This document shows, piece by piece, positions 1-14,391 of a stretch of 63,209 nucleotides of DNA. The stretch covers positions 1 to 63,209 of the forward strand of contig CAJBZP010000068.1 of assembly GCA_903960135.1 (NCBI GenBank). The letters run 5' to 3'. Every line of letters begins with the position of its first letter. The stretch's first letter is position 1. Under the pieces are notes generated by a model. It was not told where the DNA came from and ran no database searches. It saw nothing but the letters and a program-made list of their open reading frames with translations. Origin of the DNA: an uncultured Actinomycetes bacterium (GTDB taxonomy: Bacteria; Actinomycetota; Actinomycetes; S36-B12). The translations under genes were made by a program, and so were the position numbers.

Positions 1-1650
1 CTTGGTGTACTTGGCCAGCACGCCCCGGGTGTAGCGAGGTGGCAGGGGCACAAACACCGCCCGCCGCCTGGCCAGTTCGGCTTCATCAACCAATAGATCC
101 AAAGTTCGGGCCCCGATATCGATCCGCACCCGATCCCCCGGCTCGACCAGCCCGATCGGGCCACCATCGACCGCCTCGGGGGCCACGTGCCCAACACATA
201 ACCCGGTAGTGCCACCGGAGAACCGGCCATCGGTGATCAGCATGACCTCCTTGCCGAGCCCAGCACCCTTGATCGCACCGGTGATCATCAACATCTCGCG
301 CATTCCCGGGCCACCCTTTGGACCCTCGTAGCGAATGATGATGACATCGCCTTTTTGAATGGTGCCATCTTCTAGGGCAGCCATCGCCGACTGCTCCCGC
401 TCGAATACCCGGGCCGCGCCTTCAAAAATGTCAACGGCCACCCCGGCGTTCTTCACCACCGCACCTTCTGGGGCCATCGAGCCGGACAAAATCGTGATCC
501 CACCGGTGGTGGCGATTGCATTCTTCGACGCGTACAAAATATCGCCATCGGGATCCGGTGGATTGATGTTCGCAAGGTTTTCAGCCATGGTCTTACCAGT
601 TACCGTCAGGCAGTCACCGTGCATTAGGCCGGCATCTAGTAACGCTCGCATGATGACTGGCACCCCACCGACCCGATCAACATCACTCATGACGAATCGC
701 CCAAATGGCTTCACGTCGGCCAACAACGGCACCTTGGAGCCGATGCGGTGGAAATCCTCCATGTCGAGTTCAACATTTGCCTCATGGGCGATAGCGAGCA
801 GATGCAGAACCGCATTTGTGGAGCCGCCGAATGCCATTACTACGGCAATTGCATTCTCCAGGGATTGCCTGGTGATGATGTCGCGGGTGGTGATGCCTTG
901 ACGAATGAGTTCGACCACAGCCTCACCGGAGCGACGGGCAAAACCATCGCGGCGGCGATCTACTGCCGGCGGCGCTGCCGAACCCGGCAAGGACATCCCC
1001 ATGGCTTCAGCCGCACTGGCCATCGTGTTCGCCGTGTACATACCACCGCAGGCACCTTCACCAGGGCAAATTGCCCGTTCGATGGTGTCAACGTCTTCAC
1101 GTGACATCAAGCCGCGGGCGCAAGCTCCCACGGCTTCAAAAGCATCGATAATGGTGACATCCTTTTCGGTGCCATCGGATAGTTTCACGTGCCCGGGAAG
1201 AATCGAGCCGGCATACACAAAAACTGCAGCAACATCGATGCGCGCCGATGCCATCAGCATTCCTGGCAGTGACTTATCGCAGCCCGCGAACGTAACCATG
1301 CCGTCAAGGCGCTCGGCCTGCATCACAGCTTCGACCGAGTCCGCGATGATCTCGCGCGAGACAAGGGAAAAGTGCATCCCCTCATGGCCCATCGAGATGC
1401 CATCCGAGACCGAGATGGTGCCAAATTGCATCGGGAAGCCGCCGGCCTGGTGCACCCCCTCCTTCGCCGAGCGCGCGAGGCGTTCAAGGGAAAGATTGCA
1501 AGGCGTGATCTCATTCCACGAGGAGGCCACCCCGATCTGGGGCTTTGGGAAATCCTCATCGGACATTCCAACTGCCCGGAGCATTCCGCGAGCAGCTGCC
1601 CGCTCTAGCCCGTCTGTGACCTCAGAACTACGTGGCTTCATATTCGTCAT
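1..1650 (-). CDS. ilvD: dihydroxy-acid dehydratase (C-terminus cut by window edge)
   Basis: Absent from the ORF track because it runs off the window. Manual reverse translation from ATG at 1650 gives [59 protein letters not shown], a typical IlvD N-terminus. The codons at the window edge read ...[17 protein letters not shown], which is IlvD C-terminal-like. The + strand ORFs 359-901 and 905-1663 are Ala/Ser/Pro/Arg-rich antisense shadows. Confidence 0.85.
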   Translation of the reverse strand, partial: MTNMKPRSSEVTDGLERAAARGMLRAVGMSDEDFPKPQIGVASSWNEITPCNLSLERLARSAKEGVHQAGGFPMQFGTISVSDGISMGHEGMHFSLVSREIIADSVEAVMQAERLDGMVTFAGCDKSLPGMLMASARIDVAAVFVYAGSILPGHVKLSDGTEKDVTIIDAFEAVGACARGLMSREDVDTIERAICPGEGACGGMYTANTMASAAEAMGMSLPGSAAPPAVDRRRDGFARRSGEAVVELIRQGITTRDIITRQSLENAIAVVMAFGGSTNAVLHLLAIAHEANVELDMEDFHRIGSKVPLLADVKPFGRFVMSDVDRVGGVPVIMRALLDAGLMHGDCLTVTGKTMAENLANINPPDPDGDILYASKNAIATTGGITILSGSMAPEGAVVKNAGVAVDIFEGAARVFEREQSAMAALEDGTIQKGDVIIIRYEGPKGGPGMREMLMITGAIKGAGLGKEVMLITDGRFSGGTTGLCVGHVAPEAVDGGPIGLVEPGDRVRIDIGARTLDLLVDEAELARRRAVFVPLPPRYTRGVLAKYTK

Positions 1651-1695
1651 AGCGACACCTTAATGTTGCCCGGGATCTAGGAGTTCGCCGGATTA

Positions 1696-2589
1696 CTACG
1701 TGGGGATGATATTTCGCAATTGCCCGCCGGTGGTCCAACTCGTCACCTGATCGCAAATCAAGGCTCGAGCCCTTGGAGCGAAGGCTGAGGTATCACCACC
1801 GACATGGGCCGAGATCAATAGATTCGGGCAAGACCAGAGCCGATGCGCTGGCGGTAGCGGCTCGGGGTCGGTCACATCCAACGCGGCACAAATCCGCCCG
1901 GACTGCAAAGCCTCAATAAGTGCCTCGGTGTCAACGACCGGGCCACGGGCAACATTCACCAATAGCGCATTATTCTTCATCAACTTCAGGAATTTCGCAT
2001 CAACAAGTGCGCGAGTGGTGGCGTCAAGGGGCACCGCCAGTACCACCACATCTGCTGTTGGCAGGATCAACTCAAGGTCAGTTATCGCCCTTACGCCGGG
2101 GCGCTCGGTGCGCCCGATCATGGTCAGCGTTACCTCAAATGGCTCAAGGCGCCGACCAATTGCCTGCCCGACTCCGCCAGCACCGAGAACCACCACCTGC
2201 CGATCAGCCAGACTCAATCGAGTCTCATGCTGCCAATTCCCGGATTCCATATTCCGCGCAGCGACATCCAAGCCGCGCAGCGAAGCCAATATCAGACCAA
2301 CAGCAAGCTCTGCGGTGCTGGCATCATGCACGCCGGCTGCATTACAAAGTCGCGCACCCGCCGGTAGGTACGGCAACACATAGTCGAATCCGGCGGTCAG
2401 TAACTGAACTACCTCAAGTGCCGGCATTTCGGTCAGGACTTCTACCGTAGAAACCGAGCCCATGTATTCGGGCACGAAGAATCCAGCCCGCAATAAGTCG
2501 GCTGACGCGGGTGCATCGTCATAGAAGACAACTTCACCGGGGTAGTTAACCCCTTGCAGGAAAGCCGGGAGCAGCGCGATACCAGCCAA
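1696..2589 (-). CDS. D-isomer-specific 2-hydroxyacid dehydrogenase family, NAD-binding
   Basis: 297 aa. Rossmann motif VVVLGAGGVGQAIGRRL. C-terminal ARGPVVD...ALDVTDPEPLP...ISAHVGG pattern typical of the family. Confidence 0.75.
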   Translation of the reverse strand: MAGIALLPAFLQGVNYPGEVVFYDDAPASADLLRAGFFVPEYMGSVSTVEVLTEMPALEVVQLLTAGFDYVLPYLPAGARLCNAAGVHDASTAELAVGLILASLRGLDVAARNMESGNWQHETRLSLADRQVVVLGAGGVGQAIGRRLEPFEVTLTMIGRTERPGVRAITDLELILPTADVVVLAVPLDATTRALVDAKFLKLMKNNALLVNVARGPVVDTEALIEALQSGRICAALDVTDPEPLPPAHRLWSCPNLLISAHVGGDTSAFAPRARALICDQVTSWTTGGQLRNIIPT

Positions 2590-2595
2590 CGGGTA

Positions 2596-4113
2596 TTACT
2601 CGCTAACCCCGAGGCGGTCGAGCAGTAAGGCGCGTACCTTCGCCGCGTCAGCCTGCCCCTTTGTCGTCTTCATGACCGCACCGACGATGGCCCCGGCTGC
2701 TTGAATCTTGCCGCTCTTGATTTTCTCCACTACATCTGGCTGCGCCGCAAGGGCCTCATCAATTGCCGCAAGTAGGGCGCCATCATCACTGACCACGGCC
2801 AGGCCACGCTGCGCAATCACCACATCAACATCGCCTTCCCCTGCCAACACCCCCTCGAAAACTTGACGGGCAAGTTTGTCGTTGAGGCTGCCATCTGCTA
2901 TCAAAGACTCCACTCGGGCAATCTGGGTAGCTGTCACCGGTAAATCTGCCAACTCGACTCCGCGCTCATTGGCAACGCGTAGTAACTCACCGGTCCACCA
3001 CTTGCGGGCCGCTGCCGGATCCACCCCGGCAGCGATACTGGACTCAACGAGTTCGACCGCCCCGGCATTTACCAAAGTTGCCAACTCAAACTCGTTTATC
3101 CCCCAGGTGCTTTGCAGACGAGCCCGCTTGACGGATGGCACCTCCGGTAGCTCTGCCCGCAACTCCTCCACCCAACTACGAGTTGGCGCAATCGGCACGA
3201 GATCCGGCTCAGGGAAATAGCGATAGTCCTCGGCCTGCTCCTTTGACCGACCCGAAGTAGATCGGCCGGTGTCCTCGTGAAAGTGCCGGGTCTCCTGAAT
3301 TACCCGGCCGCCGCCGTCCAAGACGCCCGCCTGCCGCTCGATTTCAGAATGCACGGCGCGTTCGACCGAGCGCAGTGAGTTCACGTTTTTCGTCTCGCTG
3401 CGGGTACCCCAACCGGCGCCCGGTTCATTTAGCGACAGGTTCACGTCGCAGCGCAAAGAACCTTCCTCCATGCGCACATCAGAAACGCCGAGGGCACGCA
3501 TAACATCACGCAATTCGGCTACATAAGCACGCGCGACGGCGGGCGCCAACGGCCCGGTGCCGATCACGGTCTTAGTCACGATCTCGATCAGCGGGATCCC
3601 CGCCCGGTTGTAATCCACGAGGGAGTAGTCAGCGCCATGGATGCGACCGGTCGCACCACCGGCGTGGGTCAGTTTGCCGGTGTCCTCCTCCATATGTACC
3701 CGCTCAATTTCGACTCGCACCACCTGCGGACCATCATCGGTTGCAACAGTTACGTCAAGCCAACCATTGGTGCAAAGTGGCTCGTCGTACTGACTGACTT
3801 GATAGTCCTTGGGCATATCCGGATAGAAGTAGTTCTTGCGAGCGAACCGGCACCAGGTAGCGATCTCACAATTCAATGCCAGGCCGATACGAATGGTTGA
3901 CTCCACGGCCACCTTATTCAACACCGGCATCGAGCCCGGTAGTCCAAGACAGACCGGACACACTTGCGTGTTTGGCGGTGCGCCGAATGCCGTGGCACAG
4001 GAGCAGAACATTTTTGAATTAGTGCCGAGTTCGACATGGACTTCAAGCCCGATGATGGGTTCATACCGGGTCATCGCCTCATCGAATGGCACTGTTAGTT
4101 GGGCGTTGCTCAC
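2596..4113 (-). CDS. gatB: Asp/Glu-tRNA amidotransferase subunit B
   Basis: 505 aa. N-terminal [31 protein letters not shown] motif, C-terminal GatB/YqeY tail. 4-nt overlap with gatA. Confidence 0.95.
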   Translation of the reverse strand: MSNAQLTVPFDEAMTRYEPIIGLEVHVELGTNSKMFCSCATAFGAPPNTQVCPVCLGLPGSMPVLNKVAVESTIRIGLALNCEIATWCRFARKNYFYPDMPKDYQVSQYDEPLCTNGWLDVTVATDDGPQVVRVEIERVHMEEDTGKLTHAGGATGRIHGADYSLVDYNRAGIPLIEIVTKTVIGTGPLAPAVARAYVAELRDVMRALGVSDVRMEEGSLRCDVNLSLNEPGAGWGTRSETKNVNSLRSVERAVHSEIERQAGVLDGGGRVIQETRHFHEDTGRSTSGRSKEQAEDYRYFPEPDLVPIAPTRSWVEELRAELPEVPSVKRARLQSTWGINEFELATLVNAGAVELVESSIAAGVDPAAARKWWTGELLRVANERGVELADLPVTATQIARVESLIADGSLNDKLARQVFEGVLAGEGDVDVVIAQRGLAVVSDDGALLAAIDEALAAQPDVVEKIKSGKIQAAGAIVGAVMKTTKGQADAAKVRALLLDRLGVSE

Positions 4114-5615
4114 AGGTCCGGAACCTCCTCGATCAGCAGGTGACCCCAGCTATCGGTGAGCGCCGACTCCAGCGCTGCGCCCACCAGATAAAGCCGGTCA
4201 TCGGCCATCGGCGGCGCCATTATCTGCAGGCCCACCGGCAGTCCATCTGCTGGCGAGAGCCCCACCGGTAATGACATCGCACAGTTACCGGCCAGGTTGA
4301 CCGGGATAGTGGCAATGTCGTTGAGGTACATCGCGAGTGGGTCATCTACTTTCTCGCCGATTTTGAAGGCCGTTGTCGGCGCCGTCGGCGAGATTAATAC
4401 ATCGGCTTTTTCGAAAGCCGCATTGAAATCTCGGGTGATGAGCGTTCTCACTTTCTGGGCCTGACCGTAATAAGCGTCGTAATAGCCACTTGAAAGCGCA
4501 TACGTGCCCAGCATGATTCGGCGTTTCACTTCTGCACCGAATCCGGCCTCACGGCTAAGCGACATGACTTGCTCAACCGAATTTGATCCGTCGTCACCAA
4601 CACGCAGGCCATAACGCATCCCATCGAAGCGCGCGAGGTTACTCGAGGCCTCGGAGGGAAGAATCAGGTAGTAGGCACCCAGGGCATAGTCAAAGTGCGG
4701 ACACGACACCTCAACTACCTCAGCCCCCAGCCCCTGCAGCAACTCAACGGCCTCGTTGAAACGTTGCAACACTCCGGCCTGATACCCCTCCCCGCTCAAC
4801 TCCTTAACCAGCCCAATGCGCAAGCCGCGGACATCGCCACGGTTCGCCGCCGCCACCACATCGGGCACCGGTGCATTTATTGAAGTTGAATCGCGAGGAT
4901 CGTGGCCGGCTATCACCGAGTGAAGCAATGCCGCATCCAGCACCGAACGGGCGCACGGACCAGCCTGATCAAGTGACGAGGCGAGTGCCACCAGCCCGTA
5001 GCGCGAGACCCCGCCATAGGTGGGCTTGACGCCGACGGTTCCGGTTACGGCCGCCGGCTGGCGGATTGATCCGCCGGTATCGGTGCCGATCGAAAGCGGG
5101 GTTTCAAATGCTGCCAGCGCGGCCGCCGACCCACCTCCGGAGCCACCCGGAATACGTGCAAGATCCCATGGATTGTGGGTTGGACCATAAGCCGAGTGCT
5201 CCGTTGACGAACCCATGGCGAATTCGTCCATATTGGTCTTGCCCAAGATAACCATGTCGGCCGCCCGCAACCGGGAAACGACGGTGGAGTCATATGGCGG
5301 GCACCAGCCTTCGAGAATCTTCGACCCGCAGGTAGTCGGCACCCCCCGCATCGTCAGCACATCTTTCACCGCGATCGGCACCCCGGCGAGACTTCCGAGT
5401 TTGGCTCCGGTTTTGCGCTTTGCATCGACTACCTGCGCACTTTCAAGTGCCGCTTCAGCAGTGACCTGCAAGAAAGCGTGTACTCGTTCATCGACTTCAG
5501 CGATTCGTGCCAGGTGCGCCTTGGTTACCTCGACTGATGACACCTCGCCCGCGCTGATCGCGGCAGCCAGCACACTTGCGGGTTGGCGAATTAGATCCGC
5601 TGCTGCAACCGTCAT
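4110..5615 (-). CDS. gatA: Asp/Glu-tRNA amidotransferase subunit A
   Basis: 501 aa. Amidase signature [13 protein letters not shown]...[13 protein letters not shown]. Overlaps gatC and gatB, giving an operon. Confidence 0.95.
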   Translation of the reverse strand: MTVAAADLIRQPASVLAAAISAGEVSSVEVTKAHLARIAEVDERVHAFLQVTAEAALESAQVVDAKRKTGAKLGSLAGVPIAVKDVLTMRGVPTTCGSKILEGWCPPYDSTVVSRLRAADMVILGKTNMDEFAMGSSTEHSAYGPTHNPWDLARIPGGSGGGSAAALAAFETPLSIGTDTGGSIRQPAAVTGTVGVKPTYGGVSRYGLVALASSLDQAGPCARSVLDAALLHSVIAGHDPRDSTSINAPVPDVVAAANRGDVRGLRIGLVKELSGEGYQAGVLQRFNEAVELLQGLGAEVVEVSCPHFDYALGAYYLILPSEASSNLARFDGMRYGLRVGDDGSNSVEQVMSLSREAGFGAEVKRRIMLGTYALSSGYYDAYYGQAQKVRTLITRDFNAAFEKADVLISPTAPTTAFKIGEKVDDPLAMYLNDIATIPVNLAGNCAMSLPVGLSPADGLPVGLQIMAPPMADDRLYLVGAALESALTDSWGHLLIEEVPDL

Positions 5616-5913
5616 GCCTCCTCCTCGTCAAGGATTCTCGGCACGCGAAAACGATGGTCTTCGGTCGCAGGCGCCGCAGCGAGTACCTCCGCCCGATCCA
5701 GGCCGGGCATGGCGATGTCGTCGCGGAACACATTTTCAACAGGTACCGGGTGGGAGGTCGGTGGGATGTCGTCGGCGGCAACCTCTCCGATCCGGGCCAC
5801 CGACTGCAAAATCACTGCCAACTGGCCCGCATAATGATCGAGTTCGGCGCCACTTAGGTCAAGGCGGGCCAATTTTGCTAGGTGCGCGACTTCGTCACGG
5901 GTAATTGCGGTCA

Positions 5914-5914
<1 letters not shown>
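5612..5914 (-). CDS. gatC: Asp/Glu-tRNA amidotransferase subunit C
   Basis: 100 aa, [26 protein letters not shown] typical GatC. The GTG start overlaps the ligA stop by 1 nt (TAGTG). Confidence 0.9.
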
Positions 5915-9160
<3,246 letters not shown>

Positions 9161-9184
9161 TTAACTGACCTCATGTAATTGGTC

Positions 9185-10270
9185 TCATGCAGCACGGGTT
9201 GTGGCAGCAATAGTTGCCGAGCCAACAACCCGGGTACCGTCGTAGAGCACGACGGCTTGGCCCAGCGCGATACCGCGAATCGGCACCAGGAGCTCAACCA
9301 GCACCCGACCAGCTAGTTGATGTGCGCGAGCCGGCACCGGCACTCCGTGCGCTCGCACCTGAGCCAGTAGATCGATCGGGCACTCGCCAAGTGGTGCGGC
9401 GGTCCAGATGGGTTTGATGCCCTCGAGGGCATAGACATCAAGCAGCTCCGGGGGTCCGACAGTTACCCGCCGGCTGCCGATTTCAACGTCAACGACATAA
9501 CGCGGCGCCCCATCAGCCGCCGGTCTAGACAACTGCAGCCCTCGACGCTGCCCAATCGTGAACGCATAGGTTCCATCGTGCTGCGCCAGCACCTCACCAG
9601 ATTCGGCATCGACTATTTCACCGGGTAATGACCCGAGTTGTCGTTGCAAATATCCAGCCGTATCACCATCGGGAATAAAACAGATGTCGTGGCTATCTGG
9701 CTTCTGCGCCACTAACAAGCCCCGAGCTTGCGCCTCAGCCCGGATAACATCTTTGGTGTCAGCGCCGAGCGGGAATAGCGAATGCGCTAGTTGCAGCGGT
9801 TGCAAAACTCCCAGCACATACGACTGATCCTTATCCGGATCAACCGCCCGGTGTAACTCCGGACCCGCCGGTCCGAGCACAATTTGCGCGTAATGCCCGG
9901 TAGCCACCGCATCAAAGTCCATCGCGAGGGCCCGATCCAGGACCGCCGTGAACTTAATTGACTCATTACAGCGCAGGCACGGATTGGGCGTATGACCGAG
10001 CCGGTACTCCTCGACAAAATCGGCAATTACCGCCTCCGCAAACTCTTCAGCCATATCCCATACATAAAAAGGGATACCAAGTTTGTCAGCGACACGACGT
10101 GCATCACGGGCGTCGTCAAGGGTGCAGCAGCCCCGCTGCCGACCATCACCGTAGGTTTTTGTGCGCGACAGCGCGAGGTGCACCCCTACGACCTCATGAC
10201 CGGCATCCACCATGCGGGCGGCCGCGACCGAAGAGTCGACTCCACCAGACATCGCGACTAAGACCTTCAT
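9185..10270 (-). CDS. mnmA: tRNA 2-thiouridine(34) synthase
   Basis: PP-loop MKVLVAMSGGVDSSVAAARM begins at ATG 10270. The ORF track extension to 10513 overlaps the upstream desulfurase gene and is rejected. Confidence 0.9.
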   Translation of the reverse strand: MKVLVAMSGGVDSSVAAARMVDAGHEVVGVHLALSRTKTYGDGRQRGCCTLDDARDARRVADKLGIPFYVWDMAEEFAEAVIADFVEEYRLGHTPNPCLRCNESIKFTAVLDRALAMDFDAVATGHYAQIVLGPAGPELHRAVDPDKDQSYVLGVLQPLQLAHSLFPLGADTKDVIRAEAQARGLLVAQKPDSHDICFIPDGDTAGYLQRQLGSLPGEIVDAESGEVLAQHDGTYAFTIGQRRGLQLSRPAADGAPRYVVDVEIGSRRVTVGPPELLDVYALEGIKPIWTAAPLGECPIDLLAQVRAHGVPVPARAHQLAGRVLVELLVPIRGIALGQAVVLYDGTRVVGSATIAATTRAA

Positions 10271-10286
10271 GCGATCGGCGGATTTC

Positions 10287-11483
10287 TCATGCCGATCTCG
10301 ACGAAACCGAGCGACCAGCTCTGTCGACGGCGCCCGGCAGCGCAGCGATAACGCGATCAACGTCAGCCGAGGTGGAAGGGTACCCGAAGCTAAACCGCAG
10401 TGATGCTCGCGAAGTGCGCTCATCAACACCCATTGCCAAAAGCACGTGGCTGGCTTCGGGGATCCCCGCGGTGCATGCCGACCCGGTTGAGCAGTCCACC
10501 CCAGCGGCGTCAAGCAACATCAGCAGTGAGTCGCCCTCGCATCCGGGAAAGGAGAAATGCGCATTAGCCGGTAGCCGGCCGCCGTCCAACAAATCCGGGT
10601 CACCATTTAGGACCGCACCAGGAACGGTTGCCAATACTCCCTTGACTAGTTCATTACGCAGTTGCCGTAGGTGCTGCGCATGCATCACCTGCTGGTCAAC
10701 GGCATGTCGTACGGCCACCGCAAAAGCCGCGATGGCAGGCGCATCTAGAGTTCCGGATCGAATATCGCGCTCCTGGCCGCCACCGTGCAGCACCGGGGTG
10801 AAGCCGGTAGCCGGGTTAACGATCAGTGCACCAACCCCAAACGGGCCGCCGATCTTGTGGCTGCTTATCGTCACCGCGTCAGCACCAAGTGCACCCAGAT
10901 TCATCGGCACCTGACCCAGTGCTTGCACCGCATCAGTATGAAATGGCACCCCGAACTCTCGACAAAGTTCGGCAATACGCTCAACCGGTTCGACGGTTCC
11001 GACCTCGTTATTCGCCCACATCACCGTGCAAAGTGCGACATTGGCAGCCGATTCGAGAGACTGCGCAATAGCGGTCGTACTCACCCGAGCATCGTGGTCG
11101 ACCTCGAGCCATTCGATGATGGCTCCTTCATGCTCGCCCAGCCAGCCCACCGGATCCAGCACCGCATGGTGCTCAATCGCCGAAGCGAGAACCCGCAGTG
11201 GCTCCCCATTGCCTAATACCTGCTGACGCTGCCAATAAAGGCCCTTGATCGCCAAGTTGTCCGCCTCGGTACCACCAGCGGTGAAGATGACGGCACTGGG
11301 GCGTGTCATCAAGTCAGCCGCAATGCTCTCCCGGGATTCCTCGACAACTTTGCGCGCAGAGCGACCCGATGCATGCAATGAGGACGGGTTGCCTAGGTGC
11401 TCGGACGCGGCCAGCCAGGCGGCACGAGCCGCAGGCAACATGGCCGTGGTCGCAGCATGATCGAGATAGGACCGGTCACTCAC
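10287..11483 (-). CDS. iscS: cysteine desulfurase (NifS/IscS class V aminotransferase)
   Basis: 398 aa. PLP-lysine motif ISSHKIGGPFGVGAL and catalytic Cys loop TGSACTAGIPEASHVLLAMG. Confidence 0.9.
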   Translation of the reverse strand: MSDRSYLDHAATTAMLPAARAAWLAASEHLGNPSSLHASGRSARKVVEESRESIAADLMTRPSAVIFTAGGTEADNLAIKGLYWQRQQVLGNGEPLRVLASAIEHHAVLDPVGWLGEHEGAIIEWLEVDHDARVSTTAIAQSLESAANVALCTVMWANNEVGTVEPVERIAELCREFGVPFHTDAVQALGQVPMNLGALGADAVTISSHKIGGPFGVGALIVNPATGFTPVLHGGGQERDIRSGTLDAPAIAAFAVAVRHAVDQQVMHAQHLRQLRNELVKGVLATVPGAVLNGDPDLLDGGRLPANAHFSFPGCEGDSLLMLLDAAGVDCSTGSACTAGIPEASHVLLAMGVDERTSRASLRFSFGYPSTSADVDRVIAALPGAVDRAGRSVSSRSA

Positions 11484-11517
11484 AACGCATCATCGTAGAG
11501 CAGCGGGCCAACGGGGC

Positions 11518-12471
11518 TCAGGCGCGCTTCTTGATCTCCTCGGTCAGCTGCGGAACCACCTTGAAGAGATCACCAACTACGCCGAAGTCCGCGAGCTCAA
11601 AAAGCGGTGCTTCGGGATCCTTATTGACCACAACAATAGTCTTGGAAGTCTGCATTCCGGCCCGGTGCTGGATAGCGCCGGAGATACCGTTGGCCACATA
11701 AAGCTGGGGCGATACCGTCTTGCCGGTCTGACCCACCTGGTATTGATGCGGGTACCACCCGGCATCGGTTGCCGCCCGCGAGGCACCAACGGCCGCGCCC
11801 AAGGTGTCGGCAAGCGCCTCGATCACCGCGAAACCTTCAGCGGCCCCGACTCCACGGCCACCGGAAACCACGATCGCGGCCTCGGAGAGATCCGGTCGCC
11901 CATCCTTTTGGGCAACGGTGCGGCCGGTGACCTTCGCCTTCATTGCCAACTCACTCACCGAAACGGTGACATCCACCTTGATCGGGGTTGAGGTGGCCGG
12001 CACCGGTGGGGTGGAATTCGGGCGGACGGTGAAGATCGGCGTGCCCTTGATGACCTTGGAGTGCACGACGGTGCTCCCGCCGAACACGCTTTGGGTGGCA
12101 ATGCCCTCAGCTGAGATGCCTATTGCATCAGTGATCACCCCCGAGTTGATTTTGATGGCAAGCCGACCCGCAGTCTCCTTGCCATCGGCACTCGATGCGA
12201 TCAGCACTGCACTAGGTGCGTGCTCGGAAACCAAGTTGGCCAACACCTCGGCCCGCGGTGCCACCGGGTGATCTACATACTGCGCCCCGTCAGCCACATA
12301 AACCTTGGCCGCACCGAATTCGCCGAGAGCCGCTGCCGCTGCGTCGGAATAACCCGGACCAATCCAGACCGCCGACGGCTCACCCAAAGTGCGCGCAAGG
12401 GTCAAAAGTTCGCTGGTTACTTTCTTCACCGTGCCATCAGCATGTTCTACGACGACCAAAACCTCAGACAT
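11518..12471 (-). CDS. etfA: electron transfer flavoprotein alpha subunit
   Basis: 317 aa. C-terminal FAD-binding segment SPQLYVANGISGAIQHRAGM. Confidence 0.9.
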   Translation of the reverse strand: MSEVLVVVEHADGTVKKVTSELLTLARTLGEPSAVWIGPGYSDAAAAALGEFGAAKVYVADGAQYVDHPVAPRAEVLANLVSEHAPSAVLIASSADGKETAGRLAIKINSGVITDAIGISAEGIATQSVFGGSTVVHSKVIKGTPIFTVRPNSTPPVPATSTPIKVDVTVSVSELAMKAKVTGRTVAQKDGRPDLSEAAIVVSGGRGVGAAEGFAVIEALADTLGAAVGASRAATDAGWYPHQYQVGQTGKTVSPQLYVANGISGAIQHRAGMQTSKTIVVVNKDPEAPLFELADFGVVGDLFKVVPQLTEEIKKRA

Positions 12472-12495
12472 GTGAATCCTCTCCGGAAACCGAAT

Positions 12496-13275
12496 CTAGA
12501 TAAACTTTTGGGTAGCTAGGAACTCAGCAAGCTTGACGCCACCATCGCCCTCATCGGTGACAATCGTGCCCGCGGCTTTCGGCGGCCGAGCCGCAAAATC
12601 TTCGACAACCGTCCAGGCTGCGGCTAAACCGAGTTGCGATCCCTCAAGCCCTGCGTCGACCGTCGAAAGGGTTTCAACCGGCTTCTTCTTCGCGGCCATA
12701 ATGCCCTTGAATGACGGGTAACGCGGCTCGTTGATCTTCTCCACCACACTCACGACCGCCGGCATATTTGCCACAACCGTCTCGAAGCCGTAGTCGGTGA
12801 CGCGTTGAATAGTGACGGAGGTGCCGTCAACGTCAACCTTTTGTGCAAAAGTCAATTGGGCAACTCCTAGCCGCTCGGCAACCATCGCCGGAACGACGCT
12901 CATGCGCGCATCGGTTGATTCTGACCCAAAGAAAACAAGGTCGAAATCGCGGCCGGTAAGTATCGTCGCCAAGGCGTACGAAGTGGCTAGCGCATCAGAT
13001 CCGTGCAGGGAGTCGTCAACTAGGTGGACGGCGGCATCGGCACCCATGCTGAGGGCTTTGCGCACCGTCTCGCCCGCCCGCTCCGGGCCCATCGTGATGA
13101 TCGTTATCTCACCGCCATGTGCTTCTTGTAGCTTTAGGGCCTCTTCGACGGCGTACTCGTCAAGTTCGTTCATGACGCCATCAGCGGCTTCGCGATCTAA
13201 AGTCGAGTCATCACTTCGGAGTTTCTTCTCGGCCCAGGTATCGGGTACCTGCTTCACACAAACTGCGATCTTCAC
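12496..13275 (-). CDS. etfB: electron transfer flavoprotein beta subunit
   Basis: 259 aa, MKIAVCVKQVPDTWAEKKL canonical EtfB start. SD AAGGGG sits upstream of the GTG. Confidence 0.9.
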   Translation of the reverse strand: MKIAVCVKQVPDTWAEKKLRSDDSTLDREAADGVMNELDEYAVEEALKLQEAHGGEITIITMGPERAGETVRKALSMGADAAVHLVDDSLHGSDALATSYALATILTGRDFDLVFFGSESTDARMSVVPAMVAERLGVAQLTFAQKVDVDGTSVTIQRVTDYGFETVVANMPAVVSVVEKINEPRYPSFKGIMAAKKKPVETLSTVDAGLEGSQLGLAAAWTVVEDFAARPPKAAGTIVTDEGDGGVKLAEFLATQKFI

Positions 13276-13374
13276 GCCAACCCCTTATTCGGACCGATCC
13301 CCTTGTCGATCGCCAATTTAGCAGCGCCGGCCGATTACGCCACCGTGGGCTAGGTTTCTCGCGCCTGCTCCGAA

Positions 13375-13776
13375 CTACGGTGCGACCAATGTCACACCGC
13401 TGCTCGCCAAGTCGGCCACCCCGGCCCCGGCTAAGTTCACCACGCTGGTAAACCCGGCGGCCGCCATCTCATCACTTGCCAGGGTTGACCGGCGCCCACT
13501 GCGGCAGTAGACCGCGTAGGTGGCGCCTTTATCAAGGTTGGCGATATTGGCCGCAAAGTCCGGGCCCTCAAGGTTTATGTTCACCGCACCGGGTAGATGG
13601 CCGCTGGCAAACTCAACGGGTGTTCTGACATCAACTATCACAACACCTGGCTTCGCAGCAGCCGAGATGAATGCGGCTGAATCTACGTTGGTAATCGCGC
13701 TAGAAGCAGAGCCGCAACCGGCTACCAAGAGGGCGGCGGTGACCGACAGAACGACCAGGGCCTCTTTGATCTTCAC
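13375..13776 (-). CDS. rhodanese-domain lipoprotein (sulfurtransferase)
   Basis: Lipobox LLVAGC and active-site loop YCRSGRRS. The GTG at 13776 is preceded by GAAGGGA. The longer ORF reaching 13881 has no support. Confidence 0.7.
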   Translation of the reverse strand: MKIKEALVVLSVTAALLVAGCGSASSAITNVDSAAFISAAAKPGVVIVDVRTPVEFASGHLPGAVNINLEGPDFAANIANLDKGATYAVYCRSGRRSTLASDEMAAAGFTSVVNLAGAGVADLASSGVTLVAP

Positions 13777-13822
13777 TTTGGTCTTTCCCTTCGTTACCGA
13801 GCACCTGTTGCCGGGTCTGAGT

Positions 13823-13838
13823 ATACCCCACGGGGTAT
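13823..13838. promoter_or_regulatory. CsoR/CstR-type operator-like inverted repeat (ATACCCC-AC-GGGGTAT)
   Basis: Perfect 7-bp arms with a 2-nt spacer in the divergent rhodanese/ybaK intergenic region, 47 nt upstream of the rhodanese start. Closely resembles the G/C-tract operators TACCC-N-GGGGTA known for CsoR-family repressors. Confidence 0.5.
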
Positions 13839-13901
13839 CATGGCGCCGATCGGGATGACAAATCCGACCCGGTAGCCGCAAACCCGGACTACCCTCATGC
13901 C

Positions 13902-14384
13902 GTGAGCGAAATAACCGAGCAGCAATCAGTCATCAAAGTGCGCGAAGCCCTCGCCCTTCTCGGTGCCCGGGGCGAGGTCCGAGCCCTTGCAGACAGTGCC
14001 CGCACCGCCCAGGAGGCCGCCGACGCGCTCGGAATCGAAGTCGGGCAGATCGCGAGTTCACTGATTTTCCTAGCCGATGGCCAACCAATACTGGTCATCG
14101 CCTCTGGTGGTCACCGGGTCGACACCATGACCCTTGCCACAATCCTCGAAGTCAGTGAAATAAAGAAGGCCAATGCTGATGAGGTTCGAAAAGCTACGGG
14201 CTTTGCAATCGGTGGTGTCGCGCCGGTTGGGCACCCGCACCCGCTGCGTACCATCGTCGACATTGCACTATCTCGCTTCGACGAGGTGTGGGCAGCCGGC
14301 GGGCATCCCCACTACGTATTCCCGACCAGCTACGACGAACTACTTCGGATCACAGCTGGTGCAGCTGCTGAAGTAGGCGGTTAA
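13902..14384 (+). CDS. YbaK/ProX-type aminoacyl-tRNA deacylase
   Basis: 160 aa. A central SLIFLADGQPILVIASGGHRVD and FAIGGVAPVGH pattern typical of YbaK/EbsC editing domains. Confidence 0.7.
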   Translation: MSEITEQQSVIKVREALALLGARGEVRALADSARTAQEAADALGIEVGQIASSLIFLADGQPILVIASGGHRVDTMTLATILEVSEIKKANADEVRKATGFAIGGVAPVGHPHPLRTIVDIALSRFDEVWAAGGHPHYVFPTSYDELLRITAGAAAEVGG

Positions 14385-14391
14385 CCGGTCG

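Noticed and set aside
359-1663. Two long + strand ORFs (180 and 252 aa) at the left edge
   Set aside because: Their Ala/Ser/Pro/Arg/Thr-rich composition is typical of antisense frames in high-GC DNA. The opposite strand encodes an unmistakable IlvD.
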